A DNA stretch of 40,376 bases from a virus (Duplodnaviria > Caudoviricetes). The notes under the pieces were generated by a model. The model had not been told where the DNA came from. It saw only the letters and a list, made by a program, of their open reading frames with translations, and did not search any database. The DNA lies in the IMG/VR virus record IMGVR_UViG_3300022858_000918, positions 1 through 40,376 of that record, one strand, 5' to 3'. Positions 8,638 through 15,972 of the stretch are shown here, piece after piece. The translations under genes were made by a program, and so were the position numbers. Each line of letters opens with the position of its first letter. The stretch's first letter is position 1.

Positions 8638-8747
8638 GGAGAGGTTGTGGCGTGGTAGCCTGTAACTTAGAATTTATAACGCTAAGAATGCAGAAGAACC
8701 AAACCTTATCTCACCAATAAGGGCTTATTCAACTGCCAGCCTCTCCA
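8638..8747 (+). ncRNA. Candidate structured RNA B (multibranch, tRNA-like ends)
   Basis: Closing stem GGAGAGGTTG/CAGCCTCTCC; inner CTGTA-CTTAG/CTAAG-TGCAG and CCTTAT/ATAAGG hairpins; intergenic. Confidence 0.45.
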
Positions 8748-8770
8748 CAAGTTCAATTTTTGAAATTATG
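8746..8770. promoter_or_regulatory. 25-bp palindrome copy 2 (CACAAGTTCAA-TTT-TTGAAATTATG)
   Basis: Read directly; just before AAGGAG of the gene at 8784. Confidence 0.65.
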
Positions 8771-8783
8771 AAAAGGAGTTTTT

Positions 8784-9167
8784 ATGTTAAGGAAAATGTT
8801 AGAAGCAATAAGCAAAATGTTAGACCAAGAAGATATGACACCTGATAACACTCTAGTAAAGATTGGTTGTGCTAAAGTTATATTAGATAAGGTCATTGAT
8901 GGACTTCCAGAAACTACAGCAACAGTGCAGATACCATCAGTATTTTCCCCTTCATTAGTAGCAGATATGCCAACAGCTGTAACAACCACAACTACAAAGC
9001 CCAAGGTTAAAATCCCCGATGGAAAGTACAAAATAGTTAAGGATTCAAACAACAAGTTAGTAAGAATAGATGGCTTAGCCCTTGATGGTAAAGTAGAGTT
9101 AGACGGTAAAATAATGACTCACGCAGAGGCAAGGGGTAAGGTGTTTATAAGTGGGAGGATTATATGA
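8784..9167 (+). CDS. Hypothetical protein with Thr/Pro-rich linker
   Basis: AAGGAG SD; PTAVTTTTTKPK linker between two small domains. Confidence 0.7.
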   Translation: MLRKMLEAISKMLDQEDMTPDNTLVKIGCAKVILDKVIDGLPETTATVQIPSVFSPSLVADMPTAVTTTTTKPKVKIPDGKYKIVKDSNNKLVRIDGLALDGKVELDGKIMTHAEARGKVFISGRII

Positions 9168-9295
9168 AGCGTGTATGTCCAGTATGTCACAGTACCAACA
9201 TTAGTGAATCAGTTTCCCTTAATGATGTTGGATGGTGTAACACCTGTGGTACTTTATTAATGCTAAAATGTCTTACCACCAAGGAGGATAAATGA
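9164..9295 (+). CDS. 43-aa zinc-ribbon microprotein
   Basis: MKRVCPVCHS...GWCNTCG; GGAGG SD; ATGA overlaps at both ends. Confidence 0.7.
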   Translation: MKRVCPVCHSTNISESVSLNDVGWCNTCGTLLMLKCLTTKEDK

Positions 9296-10536
9296 AACTA
9301 AAAATGAAGGACATCACCGTTGGTGATAGATTCCGAAAGGAATTCCTTGATATAGATGTTCTCGCAGCTTCTATTAAAAAGTATGGACTTATACATCCAA
9401 TAGTTGTTGACGAGAATAATGGTTTAATCGCAGGAGAACGTCGTTTTAGAGCTCACCAGTTCCTTAAGGCAGAGGATATTGAGGTCAAACATATAAACGA
9501 GTTAAGTGAGTTAGAGAAGAAAGAAATAGAACTTGAAGAGAATATCCAACGCAAGGCATTCACTTGGCAGGAAGAAGTTAGTGCTAAAAATCAATTGCAT
9601 GTACTTAAGCAAAAGTTACAGGGGTCTGCAATTAAAGGGCATGACTCTGGTGGTTGGAAGTTGAAAGATACTGCAGCTGCATTAGGGGAATCCCTAGGAA
9701 CTGTATCAATGGACATTCAGTTGGCTAGGGGTATGAGAGCCTTCCCAGAACTGATGAAGGAGAAATCCAAGACTACAGCTTATAAGAAACTTAAGATGAA
9801 ACAGGAAGCTATGTTACAACAGGAACTAGCTAAACGTCTTAAACATAAAGGTATCCTAGATGTTCCTAATGTTATACATGATGATTGCTTAAATTATCTT
9901 AAGACTATGGACGCAGAGAGTGTTGACTTGATACTTACTGATCCTCCATATGGTATTGATATTAACAACGCTGGAACTTTTGGTAAAGGTACATTACAGA
10001 AGACCTATGCAGATGGGGATTTTGAAACATTTGACCTCTTAGATAAGGTTTTTGCAGAACTCACTAGGGTGCTTAAGAATGATAGACACGCAGTATTCTT
10101 CTGTGGTATAGATAAGTTTCCTCGCATTAAGCAGTTATTAGAAAAACATGGTTTCTGGGTATACCACATGCCACTTATATGGAACAAGGGTAGTGGTTCA
10201 TATGCATCTCAAGGAACAACATTCACCCATGCCTATGAGGTGTTTGTTCATGCACGTAAAGGAACACGGAAAATAAATGGTACTCCTTGTGATGTATTTA
10301 ATACCAAGAGAGTCCCAAGTAATACAAAGATACATCCTTCTGAGAAACCCGCAGAACTTATAAGAGAACTTATAAACCTGCTTAGTTTACCTGGTGAGAT
10401 AGTGTTTGACGGTTTTGCTGGTAGTGGTGTGGTTGCTGAATCTGCTCGAGATACCAATAGACGAGCTATTGTAGTTGAGAAAGATGAAGCATACCATATG
10501 GCTATTTGTAAAAGGTTAAGCAATGACCAAGAATAA
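9292..10536 (+). CDS. ParB-like N-terminal domain fused to N4-C/N6-A DNA methyltransferase (beta class)
   Basis: GLIHPIVV..LIAGERR..A, EENIQR; TDPPY precedes HPSEKP and DGFAGSG. Confidence 0.9.
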   Translation: MKLKMKDITVGDRFRKEFLDIDVLAASIKKYGLIHPIVVDENNGLIAGERRFRAHQFLKAEDIEVKHINELSELEKKEIELEENIQRKAFTWQEEVSAKNQLHVLKQKLQGSAIKGHDSGGWKLKDTAAALGESLGTVSMDIQLARGMRAFPELMKEKSKTTAYKKLKMKQEAMLQQELAKRLKHKGILDVPNVIHDDCLNYLKTMDAESVDLILTDPPYGIDINNAGTFGKGTLQKTYADGDFETFDLLDKVFAELTRVLKNDRHAVFFCGIDKFPRIKQLLEKHGFWVYHMPLIWNKGSGSYASQGTTFTHAYEVFVHARKGTRKINGTPCDVFNTKRVPSNTKIHPSEKPAELIRELINLLSLPGEIVFDGFAGSGVVAESARDTNRRAIVVEKDEAYHMAICKRLSNDQE

Positions 10537-10621
10537 AGACACTATTATATGTCCACATTGTGGAGAGGAAATACCTAATAATGTAGGGTTTTGTCCTGAG
10601 TGTGGTAAGCCGTTAAAATAA
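10523..10621 (+). CDS. 32-aa zinc-ribbon microprotein
   Basis: MTKNKDTIICPHCGEEIPNNVGFCPECGKPLK. Confidence 0.75.
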   Translation: MTKNKDTIICPHCGEEIPNNVGFCPECGKPLK

Positions 10622-10630
10622 GGAGTATCT

Positions 10631-12931
10631 ATGCAGGTTTTTGGAGAAGGAGCTTTAAGCTCTAAGCTATGGCTAGTAGGCGAATGTCCAGGAGCTAATG
10701 AGGAAAGAACTGGTCGTCCATTTGTTGGAGGTTCTGGGCAGATACTAGATGGTATCTTACGCACAGTTGGAATTAAACGAGATGATATTTACATAGATAA
10801 TGTTATCCAAGAACGCCCAAGTAAGAATGACTTTGGGGTATTCTATAAGGATAAAAGTAAACGAGTACCAACACAGAAGTTACTAGATGCCCATGATAGA
10901 ATAAACAATCTCATTAGGAAACATAAACCTAATTTGGTTGTTGCTTTAGGTAATGAATCCCTATATGCTCTTACTGGTAAAAGAGGCATTACTTTACTAC
11001 GAGGAAGTATCCTAGGGTGTCAAGGAGTTAAGGTTATTCCTGCTCTGCACCCTGCAATGATAATGCGTCAGTATGAGTTTCGTCCTGTAAGTGTTATGGA
11101 TTTTCACAGGATTAAGGAGCAATCCAAGTTCCCTGAATTCCCCCACCCTTATAAAGACAACTTTATAATCAATCCTACCTTTGAGCAAGCAATTGCTTGT
11201 ATTGAAGCTCTGAAATCTCAAAAATATGTTACCTTTGATATTGAAACTGATAGAGGTGACCAAATAACATGTATAGGTTTTGCATATTCTAAACAAGATT
11301 CTGTATGTATCCCTATATGTTATAGTGGAAATTCCTGGTGGACACCTGAGGAAGAACTAGCTATCGTGCAGAAAATAAGAGAGCTATTCCTAGTCCCTAC
11401 CGTTAATTTTATAGCACAAAATGCTCAATTTGATATGACCTATTTAAGAGATAAATGGGGAGTCAAAGTTGTTAATCTTTGGATGGATACTATGATAGCA
11501 TTTCATTGTATATACCCAGAGCTTAGGAAGGGTTTGGATTTCCTATGTTCTATATACACTCTCCGTCCATACTATAAAGATAGTGGACATGGTGGACCAG
11601 ATAAACTATGGAAGTATAATTGTCTAGATACTGTTGCAACTTGGGAATGTGCTATGGAAATAGAAAAGGAACTTAAGGAATTTAGAACCCATGATTTTTA
11701 TAGAGAATATTCCCACCCATTGATTAAACCTTTAATGGAAATGCAACGCAGGGGTGTACGTATTGATATGAAGAAACGTGCAGAGATAGATGCTACTCTT
11801 ACTAAAAACATAGAGGAAATGCAGACGAAGTTAATAGCTGTTGTAGGACACGACCTTAATCCTAATTCCCATAAGCAAATGAAGGAGTTTCTATATACGG
11901 AACTAAACCTTCCTGTTCAAAGGAATAGAGCTACTAATAATATCACAGCTAACGCAGAGGCTGTTGAGAAACTAGCTAAGAAATTCCCGAACCCAGTGTT
12001 TGAATTAATCTTAGATATTAGAAAGGCAAGAAAATTATTATCAACCTATATACAAGCTCCAATAGAGAGTGATGGAAGGATACGGTGTAGCTATGTTATT
12101 ACGGGAACTATTACTGGAAGATTATCAAGTCGTGAGTCTATATATGGATTCGGCACCAATTTGCAAAACATCCCTAGGGGGAACCTCGTTAGAGGTATTT
12201 TTATACCCAACGAGGGAAAAATGTTCGTTAACGCTGATCTATCTCAAGCAGAAGCAAGAGTTGTTGCCTACATTGCGGGTGAGTCCAGGCTACAAGCTTT
12301 ATTTTCTAATCCCAACGGAGATGTTCACATTAGAAATGCAGCACTCATCTTTGGGAAACGAGTTGAAGAAGTTACTGGAGCAGAAAGGCAGCTTGGCAAG
12401 ACTCTGGTGCATGCAGCTAATTATGGAATTGGAGCACGGACATTCGGTGCACACATTGGAAAAAGCCAAAATGAGGCTCAACAATTACTTAATCAGTATC
12501 ACGCAATGTATCCTTGCATTAAACTATGGCACAGACAAGTTGAGGAACAGCTACGGAAAACACGAACGCTTAGAACTCCACTTGGCAGAGCTAGAACGTT
12601 CTTTAACAGATGGAGTCCGCAACTCATCAAAGAAGCGGTAGCTTATGTACCTCAAGCAACAGTTAGTGATTTACTTAACCATAGTCTAGTTAGAGCTTGG
12701 AATGCCCTACCTCAAGATTGGGAAATACTTATGCAGGTGCATGATTCAGTTCTAATGCAGGTACCTATGGATGTAGACCCATTACATCTATTTAAATTTA
12801 TAACTCATTTCTTTGAGGTACATTTGGATATAGCTTATGGTCTGTTTAATAGCATGCATATGGTAATCCCTGTTGATATTAAGGTAGGAGATAATTGGGG
12901 TAATCTTAAAAAATTGGAGATACCTAAGTGA
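10631..12931 (+). CDS. polA: Family A DNA polymerase with N-terminal family-4-like uracil-DNA glycosylase domain and 3'-5' exonuclease
   Basis: UDG: GECPG..E, RPFVG.SG, HPA; exonuclease: FDIET, NAQFD, YNCLD; polymerase: TGRLSS, NLQNIP, DLSQAE, R...K...H...YG, VHDS. Confidence 0.93.
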   Translation: MQVFGEGALSSKLWLVGECPGANEERTGRPFVGGSGQILDGILRTVGIKRDDIYIDNVIQERPSKNDFGVFYKDKSKRVPTQKLLDAHDRINNLIRKHKPNLVVALGNESLYALTGKRGITLLRGSILGCQGVKVIPALHPAMIMRQYEFRPVSVMDFHRIKEQSKFPEFPHPYKDNFIINPTFEQAIACIEALKSQKYVTFDIETDRGDQITCIGFAYSKQDSVCIPICYSGNSWWTPEEELAIVQKIRELFLVPTVNFIAQNAQFDMTYLRDKWGVKVVNLWMDTMIAFHCIYPELRKGLDFLCSIYTLRPYYKDSGHGGPDKLWKYNCLDTVATWECAMEIEKELKEFRTHDFYREYSHPLIKPLMEMQRRGVRIDMKKRAEIDATLTKNIEEMQTKLIAVVGHDLNPNSHKQMKEFLYTELNLPVQRNRATNNITANAEAVEKLAKKFPNPVFELILDIRKARKLLSTYIQAPIESDGRIRCSYVITGTITGRLSSRESIYGFGTNLQNIPRGNLVRGIFIPNEGKMFVNADLSQAEARVVAYIAGESRLQALFSNPNGDVHIRNAALIFGKRVEEVTGAERQLGKTLVHAANYGIGARTFGAHIGKSQNEAQQLLNQYHAMYPCIKLWHRQVEEQLRKTRTLRTPLGRARTFFNRWSPQLIKEAVAYVPQATVSDLLNHSLVRAWNALPQDWEILMQVHDSVLMQVPMDVDPLHLFKFITHFFEVHLDIAYGLFNSMHMVIPVDIKVGDNWGNLKKLEIPK

Positions 12932-14112
12932 GAAAATGTCCTCAGCCTTGGCTGGACACCTATATTGAATACACTAAAGAACAAGAAAGCCCTAAAGCCT
13001 TCAACCTAATGACTGGCTTTGCCGTTCTCAGTGCAGCTGTAGGTCGTAATGTCTGGCTCCCACGAATTAAATATACAATTTTCCCAAACCTCTATATAAT
13101 CATGATAGCAGCAAGTGCTAAATGTAGGAAGTCCGTAGCGGTAGGTATTGGTCGTAAATTACTTATCGCTATGGATGAGCCTCCTATGATTTTCGCTCAA
13201 AAGATTACCCCTGAAGCTTTGATTGATGCAATAACTGAGTCTAAGGTTAACGAACAATGTTATGGTCTTATATTTTCCGACGAATTATCTGTATTCCTGA
13301 GTGCAGACGCAATGAAGCGTGGCATTATCCCAGTTCTCACTTCCTTCTATGATAGCCATAGTAAATGGGAATACCACACTAAGGGTAGAGGCAAACAGGT
13401 TATTAAAAATTCCAGCCTTAGTATGTTAGCAGCTACCACCAGGGATGATTTCATAAGTTCCATGCCTAAAAGTGCAATTGGAGGAGGCTTCACCTCTCGT
13501 TTATTATTAGTATATGAGGAACACCCATCCCAGCTTAAATTATTTAATCCAGTAAATTTTAGTGGTGAGGAAGTTGAGGAAACGGAAAGAGAGGTTGTGT
13601 TGAAAAGGAATTTAATCGCAGACCTTAATTATATAAAGAAAAAAATAAAGGGTAAAATGAGTTTTTCCAAGGAGGCAAAAGCCTCTGCACTTAAATGGTA
13701 TGAGTCTGAACAAGAAACTGATAGGGATGTAGCAACCGACGGATATTTTGGTAGGAAACACGATACAATGTTTAAGATGGCTACTATCCTATGCATATCA
13801 GAAGGGGATAAACTAGTAATCCAAGAGCCTCATATCCGAAGAGCCCTTAGTATTCTTAGAGTAACAGAGGATAGAATGGAAAAACTTGTTAGCACAATTG
13901 GAACTACAGAAACAGGTTCATTAACTGAGCGAATCCTTAATCATATAATAAGAACTCCTAATATTGACCATAGTAGATTGCTTAGAAGATGCTGGAGGTT
14001 CGCATCAGCACAGGATTTAACTGCGATAATACGAACCCTTATTGACAGTGGGGAAATTGACGAGAAAATTAGTGGTTCAAAGCGGGTTTATAGGGTTAGG
14101 GAAAAACTATAA
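12928..14112 (+). CDS. DUF3987-like P-loop helicase-related replication protein
   Basis: PNLYI, degenerate Walker A ASAKCRKS, TPEAL, Walker B IFSDE, GGFTSR; C-terminal winged-helix-like segment. Confidence 0.75.
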   Translation: MRKCPQPWLDTYIEYTKEQESPKAFNLMTGFAVLSAAVGRNVWLPRIKYTIFPNLYIIMIAASAKCRKSVAVGIGRKLLIAMDEPPMIFAQKITPEALIDAITESKVNEQCYGLIFSDELSVFLSADAMKRGIIPVLTSFYDSHSKWEYHTKGRGKQVIKNSSLSMLAATTRDDFISSMPKSAIGGGFTSRLLLVYEEHPSQLKLFNPVNFSGEEVEETEREVVLKRNLIADLNYIKKKIKGKMSFSKEAKASALKWYESEQETDRDVATDGYFGRKHDTMFKMATILCISEGDKLVIQEPHIRRALSILRVTEDRMEKLVSTIGTTETGSLTERILNHIIRTPNIDHSRLLRRCWRFASAQDLTAIIRTLIDSGEIDEKISGSKRVYRVREKL

Positions 14113-14505
14113 TCCTAGATTCTTCTTTTGTCTATTCCACGGTATCCAACCAAAAGTTCTAACCGCACGATACATAGATAACCTTTTCCAAAGAGATACT
14201 TTTCTCTCTTGCATTATTTCAAGGAAAATACGGTCTGCATATATCCTAGTAGTTGTTAACTCATGATAAAGCCAATCATGAACCATAGCTGCACGTTTAT
14301 ACTTACCCGTAAATGGACTTCCAATAATTGACCAACAAGCACGTGGTATGCTTGCACCATCAGTTACAAAGCCCTTTGGGACATTAATTATTATTCCTGC
14401 TTTAGTCTTATAGGAAAGGGCACTCAAGGTTTTAAATTGATAGGTAGTATATTCCCCTATTTGATATTCCCCTGTCCAAAGTTCAACCTTTTCTATTTTT
14501 TCCAC
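14107..14505 (-). CDS. DUF1353 family protein
   Basis: VPKGFVTDGASIPR...AAMVHDWLY...AD.IFLE.M...MYRAVR.FG; likely GTG start at 14505 or 14508 after GGAGGT. Confidence 0.85.
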   Translation of the reverse strand: MEKIEKVELWTGEYQIGEYTTYQFKTLSALSYKTKAGIIINVPKGFVTDGASIPRACWSIIGSPFTGKYKRAAMVHDWLYHELTTTRIYADRIFLEIMQERKVSLWKRLSMYRAVRTFGWIPWNRQKKNLGL

Positions 14506-14635
14506 CACCTTTACCTCCGCCTTTACCATATCCTGGACCACCAGTCTTGCAACCACCTGTATTTTTGTTTCGCCCACCGCCACCAGATCTTCCTGTACCT
14601 TTTCCAGCACCTTTTTTTGTACCATAACTTGCCAT
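14483..14635 (-). CDS. 50-aa Gly/Lys-rich basic peptide (not in ORF track)
   Basis: MASYGTKKGAGKGTGRSGGGGRNKNTGGCKTGGPGYGKGGGKGGGKNRKG; AAGGAGGTG 5 nt before ATG. Confidence 0.8.
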   Translation of the reverse strand: MASYGTKKGAGKGTGRSGGGGRNKNTGGCKTGGPGYGKGGGKGGGKNRKG

Positions 14636-14650
14636 CTGTACACCTCCTTT

Positions 14651-15964
14651 TCATAACCAGCCCCACTTTGAGAGCTGCTTGTGTTCCTCTAATACTCTAT
14701 CCCCTATATCTCTCCGATACATCATATCAGGTATTACCAAGTTAGAGATTGTACGCATTACTCTGCGTTTTGCATCTCTTAAAGGATGGTAATTTCCTAC
14801 TTCATCACCTCTTGCGGTAACTGTGCAGATATCACCTCCATTACCTGAAGTCATATACCTATTATTTTTCTTTTCAATATCATAAAACCATATATGTTTT
14901 AAGTTATGTCTATTTATACCTTGGACTAGTATACCCTTATATAACTCTGGATCTATATCAAGAGGATATGGGGGTACACATAGGTCAATTCCTATTCCCC
15001 ATTTAGATTTAAATTCCATAGGTATTTTGATGCCTACACCTACCCCATAAAACAAATCACTGAATCTACCTTTATACATTTCAAGTAAAACAAAGAGTGC
15101 ATTGTAACCAAACCTAGCAGTAAATTCCAACCCATATAGTTTATCCTTAGTGACTATAGTATTAAGATCTATCGGACCTCTATAATCTACTTTTTTAAGA
15201 GCAGGCACAAGTTTACCCACACCTTCCTTAAAGAGCTTTGACTTGGAAGTTCCTAACCATACTGCACTTCCCATACAACCAGTCTGAGGACCTAAATTCC
15301 CTTCCATTAATCGTTTCTCTTCCATTGTATGATTAACATTAAGAACATCTTTACCATTAAACCACAGTTCAGTACTAACTTCAATCCCATTAACTCTCTC
15401 TTGTAATTCAAATTCCTCTTTTATATCAGAATAATATTCCAACATCCCTATCATATCATCGGGACCTTCGGATACATAAGTTGTAGTAGTTGCTTGATTC
15501 CCCGATGGTTTATATACATAGGTTTTATTATTTTCCTCAACAAAGGATATAGCTTTCTTATAGTCCTTAAATGCATAGGTCTTAGGAACATTTATCCCTG
15601 AGACCTTCATAACTTTACTACCATATATCCTATCTAACTCAACTTTATTTCCCCATTTACTTCCACCTACTAAGGGATATTTATGCCCTAGTGATGACGC
15701 AACATCACCAAAACCTGCACTAACCATATCCATTATAATGCAATCTGGTTCAGGCTTAAGTAACTTTTGTAACACACTTAAATCAACCTTCCCAAACTTA
15801 GAAACTAATATCCCAGTTTCCTCAGATTTCCTTAATAAGCCATTTCCAACTCTCCTTTTAGCCCTATCATTGATATAAAAGTTTACCTTATGACCTTCTT
15901 GTTCCAGTCTCTGTGCTAGTGGTAAACTATCGCCATTCTTAGATATAATTAAATAAATTCTCAT
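14651..15964 (-). CDS. PurD (GAR synthetase)-like ATP-grasp ligase, divergent
   Basis: GIEVS, KRL..G.LGPQTGCMG, YRG, LEFTARFG, YRRDIG align to PurD; substrate-side motifs altered. Confidence 0.85.
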   Translation of the reverse strand: MRIYLIISKNGDSLPLAQRLEQEGHKVNFYINDRAKRRVGNGLLRKSEETGILVSKFGKVDLSVLQKLLKPEPDCIIMDMVSAGFGDVASSLGHKYPLVGGSKWGNKVELDRIYGSKVMKVSGINVPKTYAFKDYKKAISFVEENNKTYVYKPSGNQATTTTYVSEGPDDMIGMLEYYSDIKEEFELQERVNGIEVSTELWFNGKDVLNVNHTMEEKRLMEGNLGPQTGCMGSAVWLGTSKSKLFKEGVGKLVPALKKVDYRGPIDLNTIVTKDKLYGLEFTARFGYNALFVLLEMYKGRFSDLFYGVGVGIKIPMEFKSKWGIGIDLCVPPYPLDIDPELYKGILVQGINRHNLKHIWFYDIEKKNNRYMTSGNGGDICTVTARGDEVGNYHPLRDAKRRVMRTISNLVIPDMMYRRDIGDRVLEEHKQLSKWGWL

Positions 15965-15972
15965 CTCGCCTC

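Noticed and set aside
8638-8747. Canonical tRNA or tmRNA
   Set aside because: The T-stem does not pair and there is no proper anticodon arm or tag ORF; kept only as a structured RNA candidate
12069-12641. 190-aa alternative-frame ORF inside the polymerase, and the other nested or antisense ORFs in the track
   Set aside because: No recognisable motifs; they are shadows of well-supported genes
14506-14643. Val/Lys/Glu-rich N-terminal extension of DUF1353 in the ORF track
   Set aside because: It is the off-frame reading of the Gly/Lys peptide gene; the track's GTG lies inside that gene's SD, and a better SD+GTG exists at 14505-14508
14651-15964. Bona fide purD or a purZ-type Z-genome marker
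   Set aside because: PurD substrate motifs are altered; PurZ is a PurA homologue, and this protein is ATP-grasp
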